A DNA stretch of 64,000 bases. Source: an uncultured Gemmatimonadales bacterium (GTDB lineage: Bacteria > Gemmatimonadota > Gemmatimonadetes > Longimicrobiales > Gaopeijiaceae). The position numbers and the translations under genes were made by a program. The notes below the pieces were generated by a model that searched no databases, was not told where the DNA came from, and saw only the letters and a program-made list of their open reading frames with translations. Positions 11,537 through 22,724 of the stretch are shown here, one piece after another; position 1 is the stretch's first letter; each line of letters opens with the position of its first letter. The stretch spans positions 2,592,001-2,656,000 of the forward strand of contig CAWELD010000003.1 in NCBI GenBank assembly GCA_963809895.1, written 5' to 3'.

Positions 11537-13303
11537 ATGCAGCTGACGGCGCTGGACTGGTGGGTGATGGCGCTCTACGGCGTCATCGTGCTGGCGGTAG
11601 GCCTCTTCTTCACCCGCAGGGCCGGCGAAGACACCACCGAGTACTTCCTGGCCGGCCGGCGCCTGCCCTGGTGGGTCCTGGGCACCTCGCTGGTGGCCAC
11701 CACCTTCTCCACCGATACCCCGAACCTGGTGACGGACATCGTCCGCAACGGGGGTGTGGCCGGGAACTGGGTGTGGTGGGCCTTCTGCATCACCGGCATG
11801 ATGACGGTGTTCTTCTACGCCAAGCTGTGGCGGCGCTCGGGCGTGATCACCGACATGGAGTTCTACGAGCTTCGCTATTCCGGGGGCCCCGCCGCCTTCC
11901 TTCGAGGCTTCCGGGCCGTCTATCTGGGCGTCTTCTTCAACGTGATGATCATGGCCACCGTCACCCTGGCGGCCATCAAGATCGGAGGGGTGCTGCTGGG
12001 GGTAGACCGCTACACGGTGGTTCTTGTGGCGGGTGCGGTGACGCTGGTGTACTCCGCCACCTCCGGGCTCTGGGGCGTGGTGGCCACCGACGTGCTCCTG
12101 TTCGTGCTGGCCATGACGGGCTCGGTGGCGGCGGCGGTGGTGGCGGTGAACCTCCCCGAGGTGGGTGGGCTGCACGCCCTCATGTCCAACCCGGCGCTGG
12201 AGGGCCGCCTGTCGTTCCTGCCGGATTTCGGCGACCCGCGCTCGGCGCTGGCGGTGTTCATCGTACCCGTCGCGGTGCAGTGGTGGAGCACCTGGTACCC
12301 CGGGGCCGAGCCCGGTGGCGGGGGCTACGCGGCGCAGCGCATGCTGGCGGCCCGCGACGAATCCCACGCCCTCAAATCGGTCCTGTGGTTCAACGTGGCC
12401 CACTACGCCCTCAGGCCCTGGCCGTGGATCCTGGTGGCGCTGGCATCGATCCTGGTCTACCCGACGCTGCAGTCCATCCAGAGCGCCTTCCCGGGCCTGG
12501 ATCCGGCCATCCTCGGGCACGACCTGGCGTATCCGGCCATGCTCGTCTTTCTGCCGGCGGGGTTGCTGGGACTCGTGGCGGCCTCGCTGGCCGCCGCGTA
12601 CATGTCCACCATCTCCACGCACCTCAACTGGGGTGCGTCGTACGTGGTCCAGGACGTCTATCGCCGCTTCATCGCGCCCGAGGCCGGCGATCGTCACTAC
12701 GTCATGGTCGCCCGCCTCACCACCGTGGGCCTCACGGTGCTCATGGGCCTGGTGGCGCTGTGGCTGCAGAATGCCCTGCAGGCCTTCCAGATCCTCCTGC
12801 AGATCGGTGCCGGCACGGGGCTGGTCTTCCTGTTGCGCTGGTTCTGGTGGCGCATCAACGCCTGGAGCGAGATCTCGGCCATGGTCATCTCGTTCCTGGT
12901 GGCCGTCTACTTCCAGTGGATCCACGTCCGTCTCGGCTTCGCGCCCATGGATTCGTCGGCCCAGCTGGTCCTGGGCGTGGCCGTGACCACCGCCGGCTGG
13001 ATGCTGGTGACCTTCCTGACGCCGCCGGCGAACAGGGCGACGTTGCGGACCTTCTACGAGCACATCCGGCCGCAGGGGCCCGGATGGCGGGCCGTGGTGG
13101 GCGAGGTCGAGCCCACCGAGGGCGAGAGCCTGGCCGCTGCCGCGGGCGCGTGGTTCCTGGGATGCCTCGCGGTCTACGCCGCCCTCTTCGCCACGGGCTA
13201 CCTGCTCTACGGCCGCGGCGCCATGGCCGCCGCGCTGGGGGTGGTGGCAGCCGTGGCGGCCGTTGGGGTGATGCGCCTCCTGCCACGGGTGGGGCTACGC
13301 TGA
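11537..13303 (+). CDS. Sodium:solute symporter (SSS family)
   Basis: YFLAGRRLPWW, AQRMLAA, AAYMST motifs; many TM segments. Confidence 0.92.
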   Translation: MQLTALDWWVMALYGVIVLAVGLFFTRRAGEDTTEYFLAGRRLPWWVLGTSLVATTFSTDTPNLVTDIVRNGGVAGNWVWWAFCITGMMTVFFYAKLWRRSGVITDMEFYELRYSGGPAAFLRGFRAVYLGVFFNVMIMATVTLAAIKIGGVLLGVDRYTVVLVAGAVTLVYSATSGLWGVVATDVLLFVLAMTGSVAAAVVAVNLPEVGGLHALMSNPALEGRLSFLPDFGDPRSALAVFIVPVAVQWWSTWYPGAEPGGGGYAAQRMLAARDESHALKSVLWFNVAHYALRPWPWILVALASILVYPTLQSIQSAFPGLDPAILGHDLAYPAMLVFLPAGLLGLVAASLAAAYMSTISTHLNWGASYVVQDVYRRFIAPEAGDRHYVMVARLTTVGLTVLMGLVALWLQNALQAFQILLQIGAGTGLVFLLRWFWWRINAWSEISAMVISFLVAVYFQWIHVRLGFAPMDSSAQLVLGVAVTTAGWMLVTFLTPPANRATLRTFYEHIRPQGPGWRAVVGEVEPTEGESLAAAAGAWFLGCLAVYAALFATGYLLYGRGAMAAALGVVAAVAAVGVMRLLPRVGLR

Positions 13304-13315
13304 GGAGGTCTCCGC

Positions 13316-14516
13316 TCAGGTGTCCGGGGCGGCGGTCACGGCGGCGCCGGGGCCGGCGTCGGCCTGGAAGACCAGCGCGTCCCGGGGCGGCACACCAGCG
13401 TCGATGAGCTCGGCGCGCAGGGTCTCCGCGACGACCTCGGCCACGGCCGACTCGCACACCGCGAGCATGCATCCTCCGAACCCCGCCCCGGTGAGGCGGG
13501 CGCCCTCGGCACCGGCGTCCAGCGCCGCGTCCACCAGGGCATCCAGGCGGGGATGGCTCACGCGGTAGTCGTCTCGCAGCGAGACGTGCGACAGCGTGAG
13601 GAGCCCTCCGAATCCGGTGAGGTCGCCGGCCAGCAGGAGATCCTCGGCGGCCACCACCCGCTGGGTCTCGGTGACAACGTGGCGAAAGCACGCCGCCAAC
13701 CGGGGCTCGAGAACCCGCGCGGCCGTCTCCAACAGCACCCCTTCCGGCGCCACCACCAGCAGCTCCGGATAGGACGCGCCCCGCCGGCCCAACACCGCCG
13801 AGACCGCCGCCAGGGCGGCCTCGCCGGCGCGGCGGCGCTCGTTGTAGGCGTGCTGCGCCGGCCCGGACTTCTCCGCCCGCACCCCTGAGTGGGCCACCAC
13901 CACGCGCCAGTCCGCGGGCAGCGGCACGGGGGTCCAGCGCAGCGGGCTGAACTCGATGCGCAGGGCGTGCCCCGCCCGGCCGCCCAGGCTCACCGCCTGG
14001 TCCATGCCCCCGCCCCGGGTCCCCACGAACTGCTCTCCGCGAGCGAGCTCCTCGGCCAGCGCCAGCGCATCGGGACTCCGTCCGCTGGCCCGCAGAAGCG
14101 CCAGCGCCGTGCCCACCACCAGCGCCGAGGAGCTGCTCAGCCCCGCCGCGGGCGGCAGGTCCGAGGCCACCATCGCCTCCATTCCCACCTGCGCGCCGAA
14201 GCGCGCGGCCACCACGCGCGGCGGCCTTCAGGTAGTTTCCCCAGTCCCCCGGACGGTCACGCGTGGGCTCGGGACCCAGGGCGAACGTCCGTTCCTCCCA
14301 GGCCGGGTCGAGGTTCGCCACGTGCACCAGGCGGTCGGTCCGCGGGCGGAACGCCACCTGGATCGAGCGGGTCAGGGCCATGGGCAGCACGGGGAGATCG
14401 AAATAGTCCACGTGCTCCCCGATCAGGTTCACCCGCCCCGGCGCCCGCGCCACCAGTTCGGGCGCGGATCCGAAGCGCGTCTCGAACGCCGTGGTGAGCG
14501 CCACGGCGTCGTTCAT
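13316..14516 (-). CDS. Galactokinase-family GHMP kinase, probably N-acetylgalactosamine kinase (frameshift ~14220)
   Basis: APGRVNLIGEHVDY, GLSSSSA, GGGMDQ, GARLTGAGFGG across two frames. Confidence 0.85.
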
Positions 14517-14529
14517 GGCACGCTCCGGC

Positions 14530-15944
14530 TCAAGCGCGCACGAGGCCGAGCTTCGGCCAGCTCTGCCAGCGGCCCCGCGTGAAGTCCGGGAACTCGGCAG
14601 GCCGGGAGCCGTGGGCCACCGACCATTCGGAGAGCGGGCCCACGGCGCTGATGGCCGCCGCATCGTAGACGTTCATGTCCGTGGGCAGCCCTTCGCGCAG
14701 GCACTTCACCAGCCGGTAGTCCTCGATGTAGTCCATGCCGCCGTGGCCGGCGCCCTGGGAGCGCTCCTCCAGGTCCTTCCACAGGGGGTGGTCGAACTCG
14801 TCGAGATACTCGGTCCACTCCTCCCACTGATGCGCCGGGCTGCGCCCCTCGATGTGCACGCGATGCGGGTAGCCGTGAAAGAGGCCGCGCGTCCCCTGCA
14901 CCATGTGGATGCGGGAGTACGGACGCGGGAGGTTGGTGTCGAAGGACACCTTGATGGTGCGGCCGTTGGCCGTCTTGATCAGGCTCGTGTTCACGTCGCC
15001 GCATGCGTACTGCTCCTGGCGCTTCGGATCGTCGGGCGGATAGTGCTCCTCCGCCCACTGTTGCAGGCCCCGTGCCGGCGTGCTCATGGAGACCAGATAG
15101 GCGAAGCGGTCGCCGCGGTTGATGTCCATGACGTTGGCCACCGGCCCCAGCCCGTGGGTGGGATAGAGATTCCCGTTGCGGGCGATGGAGTGGGCTCGCC
15201 GCCAGAGCCCCTCGTGGGCGTCCTCGAACTTGATGGCGCGCAGGTCGTGCAGGTATCCGCATTCGCCGTGCAGGATCTCGCCCAGCAGTCCGAGGCGCGC
15301 CATGTGGAAGGCCATCATCTCCGGACGGTCGTAGTTGCAGTTCTCCATCATGACGCAGTGCTTCTGCCGGGCCTCGGCGGTCTCCACCAGCTTCCAGCAG
15401 TCCTCCAGGGTGTAGGCCGCGGGAACCTCGGTGGCGGCGTGCTTGCCGTTCTCCATGGCGGCGACGCACACGGGCACGTGCCACTCCCAGGGGGTGGCCG
15501 TGAACACCAGGTCCACGTCCTCGGTCTCGCACATGCGCACGAAGTCGGTCTCGTCGCGCCCGTACAGGGTCGGACGCGGGCGACCGTCGGCCTCCACCCA
15601 GCTCGCCACCTCCTCGGTTGCGGGCCGCGTCGATGTCACACAGCGAGACGATCTCCACGCCGTCGATCCCCAGGAAGTTGCGCACATGGGATCCCCCCTG
15701 AAGACCCACCCCCACGAAGCCGATGCGCACGGTCTCCAACGGGGCCACCCGGAAGGGCTCCGCAGGCGCCGACGCCGCGAGCCCGGCGGGCGGGGTGGTG
15801 GAGGGCGCGCCGGACGCTGTGGGGTCCGGCTCGGTCCGGCAGGAGGCGAGGCCTCCCACGGCGGCGACTCCGGCGCCCAGGGCGCCCAGCTTCAGGAGGT
15901 CGCGGCGGGGGAATGCGCGGGACTTGATCGTCAGGGTGGGACAC
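14530..15944 (-). CDS. Tat-exported GH109 (Gfo/Idh/MocA) alpha-N-acetylgalactosaminidase-like glycosidase (frameshifts ~15910, ~15620)
   Basis: RRDLLK Tat motif; GFVGVG Rossmann; ATPWEWH, MMENCNY, NLYPTHGLGP, GHGGMD. Confidence 0.85.
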
Positions 15945-16118
15945 GGCGATTCCTCGGGTCGGTGCGGGACGTATGCCGCAAAATGGCCCCCTGCGCGCGC
16001 CGGGGAAACTCCGGGGTCGGAGATCGCGGGCAATTCCCCACGGCGACCCCTTGTCGGACGCGGCGTATCTTGGGATCAGAGTGGGGGAGAACCACTCGTC
16101 AACGGAACGGAGGTATCC

Positions 16119-16571
16119 ATGCGTGCTCATGCCTCGATCCTGCTGGCGACGGCCGTGGTGGCCCTCGCCGCCTGCGGAGGTGGGGAGGACGCCGAAGTCC
16201 AGCAGGCTCCGAGCGCGGCGGACACGGTCCAGACCGCCATGGCGCAGTTCGATGCCGCGGCCTTCGACACCGTCACCTGGGAGAAGCCGGCCGACGCCGT
16301 GGTCCGCGGCAGCGTCGTCTTCAACTACTCCTGCAAGAAGTGCCACGGCCCCCAGGGCTACGGGGACGGCGGCTTCGTCATGCAGGGCGACACGCTCCGC
16401 CCACCGTCCTTCCACGATCCCGACTGGAAGTTCAAGAACGACCTGGCGGGTTTGCGGCGCCAGATCTCGATCGGAACCACCGAAGGGATGCCGCACTGGG
16501 GCCTCGAAGGCCTCAAGGCCAAGGACGTGGACGCGGTGGCGCACTTCATCCTGGAGACGTTCGCCAGGTGA
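16119..16571 (+). CDS. Monoheme cytochrome c lipoprotein
   Basis: GGAGG RBS; lipobox LAAC; CKKCH; distal Met in GMPHW. Confidence 0.88.
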   Translation: MRAHASILLATAVVALAACGGGEDAEVQQAPSAADTVQTAMAQFDAAAFDTVTWEKPADAVVRGSVVFNYSCKKCHGPQGYGDGGFVMQGDTLRPPSFHDPDWKFKNDLAGLRRQISIGTTEGMPHWGLEGLKAKDVDAVAHFILETFAR

Positions 16572-16649
16572 CGTCACGGGACGACCTCGGCGGCTGAGAC
16601 GCGCAATCGGTCCCAGCCGCCGAGTTGTCTCTCCAATGCCCTCCGACCG

Positions 16650-19172
16650 TCAGCTCCCCGGGTCCAGAATGCGCTGGATCTCGGTGCGCACGTCCTGGAG
16701 GTGCACCCGCGTCAGGGCATCGGCGGCCCGGCCCTGAGCCTGCTGGGCCTGCTGGTCGATGCGCCGCAGCTCGTCGCGCAGCAGCGCCCGTACGTCGCTC
16801 CCCCAGCGCGGCGGCCGCTGGAACTGGGCCGGCAGGCGGGCTTCCTGATCCAACTGGGCCTCCGAGGGATTGAGCTCGCCGTCCACCGTCTCCAGATAGG
16901 CCCGCTGCAGGTTGCGGCGGTAGATGTCGATGGCCACCCGGCCGTCGTCGTCCAGCTCGCCCCACACGCCCTCCCGGAGCTGATCCATGAAGTCGGCCAG
17001 CGTGTAGGTGTCCCCGCCGGTGAGTGCCCCGTACTCGACGAGGGTGTTCAGCTTGCGCGGTGACAGGAGCGTGCGCAGGAGGCCGGACTGTGCCGAGCGG
17101 ATGCGATCCACCGCCCCCTCGGCCTCGATGCGCCACAGGATGTCCCGATCCAGGAACATCTCCGGCGGATGGAAGGCGTTGGCCAACAGGAAGTCCATGG
17201 CCTCACGCTGACGAGCCTCGGCCACCGGCGTGAAGCGGGGCCCGGTGCCGTACTTCTCCTGCGTGATGGCGCCCCCGATGAGCGCCGCCACGTGGCGCAT
17301 GTAGCGACCCCACTGGGTCACCGCCTCGCCGTAGAGCTCCTGCAGGACGCTCGTAGTCCTGACCGGGCTTCTCGGCCACGCCCAGCACGGAGTCCATGAC
17401 CCGCTGCAGGTTCTCGAGCGCCAGCGTGGTGGACTTCACCGCATCGGCATCGCCCACCGCCTCGGTCTGGTTCTCGGGGTCGTTGGGGGCGTCGGGCGTG
17501 GAGAAGCGGAGCCACGGCACCGTGTCCTGCGCCCGCGCCCATCGGTCCAGGGTGGGCTTCTCGTCGTCGGGCGTGGCCGCGCTCCAGGATGGGCCGGTAT
17601 CCCCACTTCACCGCGAACTTGTCGTAGGGACCGATGTGGGGGATCAGCAGCCCCACCGGAATGGAGTCCTCGGGCTGCGCGACGTAGTTGAAGCGCGAGT
17701 AGTCCATGAGCGTCGCCACGTGACCGCCCATGCGCTCCAGGAAGTCTCGCGAGCGGATGGAATCCGCCGGGTACATGGCGCTGGCCTTCATGTTGTGCGG
17801 AAAGCCGATGGAGTGGCCGATCTCGTGGGTCACCACGTACTCCACCAACTGGCCCATGAGGGAATCGGGCATGGGCAGGCTCCGCGCCCGGGCGTCGAGG
17901 GGGCTGGCCTGCACGAAGTACCAGTCCCGCTGCAGCGTCATGATGTTGTGGTACATGTTGACCTCCCCCTTCAGGATCTCTCCCGTGCGGGGGTCGACGA
18001 TCTGTCCGCCGGTGGCGTTGGCCACGGTGGACGGCCGCCAGTACACCACCGAGTGCCGGGCGTCGTAGAGCGACCAGTCGGGATCGTCGGCCGGCGCGTA
18101 CTCGGCCCGGATGGCGTTCTTGAAGCCCGCCTCCTCGAAGGCGGTGTTCCACGCCTCGATGCCCGACTTGAGCCACGGCTTGATCCAGTCCGGCGTGGCG
18201 GAGTCGATCCAGTAGACGATGGGCTCCACCGGCTCCACCAGCTCGCCCCGGCGGAAGGCCGCCGTGTCCGACGGCTCCAGCCGGAAGCGGTGGATGAAGC
18301 GCACCCGCTTGGCGGCGTGTACCGGGAGCGAGAAGTCGTAGTAGCGGCTCGAGTTGAAGCCCACGCGGTCGTCGTGCCAGCGTACCCGCATGGGATCGTC
18401 GGGCAGCGCCAGCAGGCTCCAGTGCATGCGCACGGTCTGGGCCGACGGGGGCGAGCTGGGGGGCACGCCCGGTGCGCGGGCGTTGCCGGTCTGGGTCGCC
18501 TCCACCTCCACGTTGCGCGGAAAGGCGGCCACGTGGTCGAACCAGCTCTCGTTCTTCTGGGTGCCCTGCAGGGCCCCGATCTCGCGGTTGTAGGTCAGGA
18601 AGAGGTCGGTGACGTCGATGACCAGCGCGCTGTCCGTGGGACTGTAGGCCTCGATGGGATACTTGCCCAGCACGGCGCCGTTGCGGAATCCCCGGACCTG
18701 GCCCCAGATGGCGTCGCTGGAGTCGGCGACCAGGTCATAACGCTTCTCCCTGAGGACCACCGCGTCGTCGACCCGGTCCCACTGCACCACCAGCGAGGCT
18801 CCTCCGCCGAAGAAGCCGCCGGGATCCTGGAGCGTCGACTCCACCGCCCGCGACAGCAGGATCATCTCCTTGCCCAGCTCGGAGCGGGGAATCTCGAAGA
18901 GGAGCTTGCCCTCGACCCGGTGGGTGCGGAAGAGCCCGTCCCGGGTCTTCCGCCTCGTCCGTGACCACCTCCGAGTAGGGCTTCACCCCGCCCTGATTCG
19001 TGCCGGGCCGCCGCGCGGCGGGCCCACCGGGTCCGCCGGGGCCACCGGGGCCGGCCCCCTGATTGGCCGGCATGGGCATGCCCGCAGGGGCCGGAGACTG
19101 GAAGATCGAGCAGCCGGAGAGTCCGAGGGCGGCGCAGGCCAGCCCGGTCCAGAGCACAGAGAGTCGTCGCAT
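16650..19172 (-). CDS. Zinc-dependent metalloprotease lipoprotein (DUF5117/DUF5118/DUF4953 type), three frameshifts (~18950, ~17580, ~17345)
   Basis: Lipobox LSGC; HEIGHSIGFPHN zincin motif; TLMDY Met-turn; DPRTGEIL; consecutive frames join into one family-sized protein. Confidence 0.85.
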
Positions 19173-19339
19173 GGTGGATTCGGAGAGGTGGAACCAGCCC
19201 CCCGGGTCCGGGGGGACGTACACAGGTCAGGGTAACCTGGCAGGCCGCGAGCGTTGAGGACAGGCGCGGAACATCGGCTCGCGATTCCGGGTCCTCCGAG
19301 GGGCGCAGGAACGAAGCACGCAGGCAAGAAGGATATTCC

Positions 19340-20536
19340 ATGGCTACCAAGGGATGTATCGGCATTCTCACCGGGGGCGGCGACGTCCCCGGACTCAATC
19401 CGGCGATCCGCGCCATCACCATCCGGGCGCTCCGGGAGGGCTACCGCGTCGTGGGCATCCGCCGGGGATGGGCGGGGCTGGTCGACCTGGTGCCCGAGCG
19501 CGACGCCGACAACTCGGCCAACGTGCAGGAGCTCACCGCCGAGATCGTGAACCGGGCCGGACGCACCGGCGGGACCTTTCTGCACACGTCACGCACACGC
19601 CCCAGCCATCTCCCGAAGCCGGTGGTTCCCCCGCACCTCCGGGACCACTACACCGACGAGATCAACGACGTCACCCCCCACGTGCTCCACAACCTCGAGT
19701 TCCTGGGAATCGACACCCTCATCCCCATCGGGGGCGACGACACCCTCTCCTACGGCAAGCGCCTGCACGAGGAGGGCGTCAAGGTGGTGGCGATCCCCAA
19801 GACCATGGACAACGACGTGCCCGGCACCGACTACTGCATCGGCTTCAGCACGTGCGTCACGCGGACCATCGAGCTCACGCACCGGCTGCGGACGACGGCG
19901 GGATCGCACGAGCGCTTTCTGGTCATCGAGGTGTTCGGACGCTACGCGGGCTTCACCGCCTTGCTGCCCACCATGGCCGGCGCCGCCGACCGCTGCGTGA
20001 TCCCGGAGCACCCCTTCGACATCGAACGCCTCACCGAGCTCCTGGTCCACGACCGCAAGCGCCACCCTTCCCGCTATTCGGTCGTCCTCGTGTCCGAAGG
20101 CGCCACCATGAAGCACGAAGAGGAGATGACCTTCGAGAAGGCGGACACCGACCAGTTCGGGCACCGCAAGCTCGGGGGCATCGGCGACAAGGTGGCCGAT
20201 GCGCTCAAGGCGCTGTCCCCGAAGTTCAACGACGGCCGCCGGGTCAACGTGGTCAACCAGCGCCTGGGCTATCTGGTCCGCTCGGGAGATCCCGACGCCC
20301 TGGACTCCATCGTGCCCATGGCCTACGGAAACCTGGCGCTGGACCTGATTCTGTCGGGCACGTCGGGCCGGCTGGTTTGCGTGCGCAACGGGGTCTACGA
20401 CAACGTACCCGTCGACGTGGTGACCGGTCGCAAGAAGCTCGTGGACATCCATCACCACTACAACGTGGACCGCCTGCGGCCCAGCTACAGGACGTTCATG
20501 CGGCAGCCCATCTTCATCATGACCAGCGACGTGTGA
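19340..20536 (+). CDS. pfkA: 6-phosphofructokinase (PfkA family), likely pyrophosphate-dependent
   Basis: GGGDVPGLN, GGDDT, PKTMDND, EVFGR, LGYLVRSG. Confidence 0.9.
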   Translation: MATKGCIGILTGGGDVPGLNPAIRAITIRALREGYRVVGIRRGWAGLVDLVPERDADNSANVQELTAEIVNRAGRTGGTFLHTSRTRPSHLPKPVVPPHLRDHYTDEINDVTPHVLHNLEFLGIDTLIPIGGDDTLSYGKRLHEEGVKVVAIPKTMDNDVPGTDYCIGFSTCVTRTIELTHRLRTTAGSHERFLVIEVFGRYAGFTALLPTMAGAADRCVIPEHPFDIERLTELLVHDRKRHPSRYSVVLVSEGATMKHEEEMTFEKADTDQFGHRKLGGIGDKVADALKALSPKFNDGRRVNVVNQRLGYLVRSGDPDALDSIVPMAYGNLALDLILSGTSGRLVCVRNGVYDNVPVDVVTGRKKLVDIHHHYNVDRLRPSYRTFMRQPIFIMTSDV

Positions 20537-20537
20537 C

Positions 20538-21020
20538 ATGACCTCCACCCCCGCCGAGCCCGATCCCCTGACCCGGCGCTTTCGCCGACTCCTCGGCGGC
20601 ATCCTCCTGATCGGGGTCCTGGGCACCAGCGCAGAGCTGACCCTCCTGGAGCACTGGGAGGAGGCCTGGCAATTCGTGCCCCTGGTCCTGCTGGGCCTCG
20701 GGCTGGTGGTGGTGCCGCTGGCGGTGTTCCGGGCGCGCCGCTGGAACGTGCGCGCGCTCCGCTGGCTCATGGTGATCTACGTGCTGGCGGGCGCCGTGGG
20801 CATCCAACGCCACTATCACGGAAATCGCGAGTTCGAGCTCGAGATGCGGCCGACGCTGTCCGGGTTCGATCTTCTGTCCCGTACCCTGACCGGCGCCACG
20901 CCCGCGCTGGCGCCGGGCGCCCTGAGTTTCATCGGGTTGGTGGGCCTCATGCTCACGTACCGCCACCCGCGTCTGACCTCCGATCGTCCCTCTCCCCGTG
21001 ATCCAGGAGCAGCCTCATGA
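20538..21020 (+). CDS. Membrane protein, unknown function
   Basis: 3-4 hydrophobic segments; tightly coupled to pfk and the next gene. Confidence 0.7.
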   Translation: MTSTPAEPDPLTRRFRRLLGGILLIGVLGTSAELTLLEHWEEAWQFVPLVLLGLGLVVVPLAVFRARRWNVRALRWLMVIYVLAGAVGIQRHYHGNREFELEMRPTLSGFDLLSRTLTGATPALAPGALSFIGLVGLMLTYRHPRLTSDRPSPRDPGAAS

Positions 21021-21676
21021 CCCTCCGAGCCTCTCTCAGGCCCCTGGCCCTCGCCGCCTTGGCCGCGCTGCTGGTGCTGCCGCGCACCGCCGCCGCCCAG
21101 GTGGGCGCCAATCGCGACGGCGTGCTGAATCCGAATCTGGCCAGCGCCGAGGAGATGGCGGCCCTGCCCGGTCTCGACGCCGCCACGGCCCAGGCCATCG
21201 TCGATGCGCGCCCGCATCTGGGCATGCTCGCCTTCCACCAGTTCCTCAACGGAAAGCTCGGTGAGGGCGACCGCAGCGCGTTGTACGAGCGCCTCTTCCT
21301 CCCCATCGACCTGAACGACACCAGCCGCGAGGAGATCCTGCTGGTGCCCGGCGTGGGCGACCGCATGGCGCGCGAGTTCGAGGAGTACCGTCCCTACGCG
21401 CACCTGGCCGAGTTCAACCGAGAGATCGGCAAGTACGTGGACGATGAAGAGGTGGCCCGGCTGGCCCAATACGTCTTCGTGCCCGTGGACCTCAACTCCG
21501 CCACCGACGAGGACATCCTGTCGATCCCGGGCGTGGGCAGCCGCATGCTGCGGGAGTTCAAGGAGTACCGGCCCTACACCGCCATGGAGCAGTTCCAGCG
21601 CGAGATCGGCAAGTACGTGGACGAGGGCGAAGTGGCGCGCATGCAGCGCTACGTGGAGATCCGCTCGGGAGGTTGA
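21017..21676 (+). CDS. Secreted helix-hairpin-helix (ComEA-like) protein with tandem repeats
   Basis: Signal peptide AAA-Q; repeats N(L/S)A(S/T)..E...(L/I/V)PG(L/V)(G/D); duplicated EYRPY..F.REIGKYVD..EVAR. Confidence 0.8.
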   Translation: MTLRASLRPLALAALAALLVLPRTAAAQVGANRDGVLNPNLASAEEMAALPGLDAATAQAIVDARPHLGMLAFHQFLNGKLGEGDRSALYERLFLPIDLNDTSREEILLVPGVGDRMAREFEEYRPYAHLAEFNREIGKYVDDEEVARLAQYVFVPVDLNSATDEDILSIPGVGSRMLREFKEYRPYTAMEQFQREIGKYVDEGEVARMQRYVEIRSGG

Positions 21677-21752
21677 GCGGCCAGGCCAGGGCAGCGCGCG
21701 CGCCGGCGGGGGGCGGGCCGACGCGCGCGCCGAGGTCTGATGCTACAAGGTC

Positions 21753-21947
21753 CTACAGGCGCCGCAGCGAGCGCAGGATGTCGTCCGGCGTATAGGAGGT
21801 CTGCGCGCCGCTGAGTACCGGCTGCTCCATGCACACGTAGCCGCGCGAGGCGCACTGCTCCAGCGTGCGCTCGAGTCGGGCCACCCGGCGGGCCAGATGG
21901 GCGATCTGCTCGTCGGGGGTCAGGTCCATCACCTCTGCAATGGTCAT
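21753..21947 (-). CDS. Small hypothetical protein (64 aa)
   Basis: GGAGG RBS upstream, GC3-typical codons, coiled-coil-like LARRVARLERTLE. Confidence 0.55.
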   Translation of the reverse strand: MTIAEVMDLTPDEQIAHLARRVARLERTLEQCASRGYVCMEQPVLSGAQTSYTPDDILRSLRRL

Positions 21948-21994
21948 CGTCGCCTCCAGCGTCGGGTCGCGCGGGCGCGCGGCCTCGGGGGGAC

Positions 21995-22549
21995 TCACAA
22001 GCCGTACTCCCGCATCTTCCGCCACAGCGTGGTCCGGCTCATCCCGAGCCGGCGTGCCGCGCGGGTCCGATTGTAGCGCGTTTCGGCCAACGCCCGCGCG
22101 ATGCGGGTCGCCTCGCCGCCCCCGGTGCCTTCAGGACAGGGCGCCACCACGGGATCGCCCGTGCGCAGGGGGCGCACGATCTCCAGGGCGCCGTCGGGCT
22201 CGCCGTCCACGTCGGTCAACGCCACCGCCGACTTCACCACGTTCACCGGCGTTCCGTCCACCCGGTACAGGGTCAAGCGCTGGTCACGCACCAGGCCGCG
22301 GCTGAACACTCCGCAACCCCTCAGGCACTCCTCGCATCTGTTGAGGTGGATGCAGGGCCGGCCCAGCACCTCGTCGGCATAGAATCCGGTGAGACGCTCC
22401 ATGGCGGGGCTCACCGCCACCACGTTCCGGCTCCCGTCCACCTGGAACCAGGCCAGGTCGGCCAGGTCACCCAGCAGCTCGAGGCTGTCGGGATCCGGGC
22501 GCCAGCCCGGCTCCGGGGTGAGCGTCTGCGATGGAACGGCGCCGTCCAT
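21995..22549 (-). CDS. PAS domain plus Fis-type HTH protein with Cys cluster, no AAA+ domain
   Basis: PAS motif SPAMERLTGFYADEVLGRPC; CIHLNRCEECLRGC; HTH NRTRAARRLGMSRTTLWRKM. Confidence 0.8.
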   Translation of the reverse strand: MDGAVPSQTLTPEPGWRPDPDSLELLGDLADLAWFQVDGSRNVVAVSPAMERLTGFYADEVLGRPCIHLNRCEECLRGCGVFSRGLVRDQRLTLYRVDGTPVNVVKSAVALTDVDGEPDGALEIVRPLRTGDPVVAPCPEGTGGGEATRIARALAETRYNRTRAARRLGMSRTTLWRKMREYGL

Positions 22550-22724
22550 GGACCCCCTCGGGATTCCTGGGACTTCCGGTCGTCACGCTGAAACAATCCG
22601 TCCCAACCATGCGAAACGGAGCGTCTGCGCGATGTCGGGAGAACTCCCCCGCCGCCTGTCGGGCCGGTCTTGCGGTGGTGGCAAAATGACATTAGTGTCG
22701 GTTTGACACCAAAAGGAGTCCATC

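Noticed and set aside
16650..19172. Metalloprotease as a true pseudogene or four separate genes
   Set aside because: Fragments join into one intact family-sized protein; indel errors are more parsimonious
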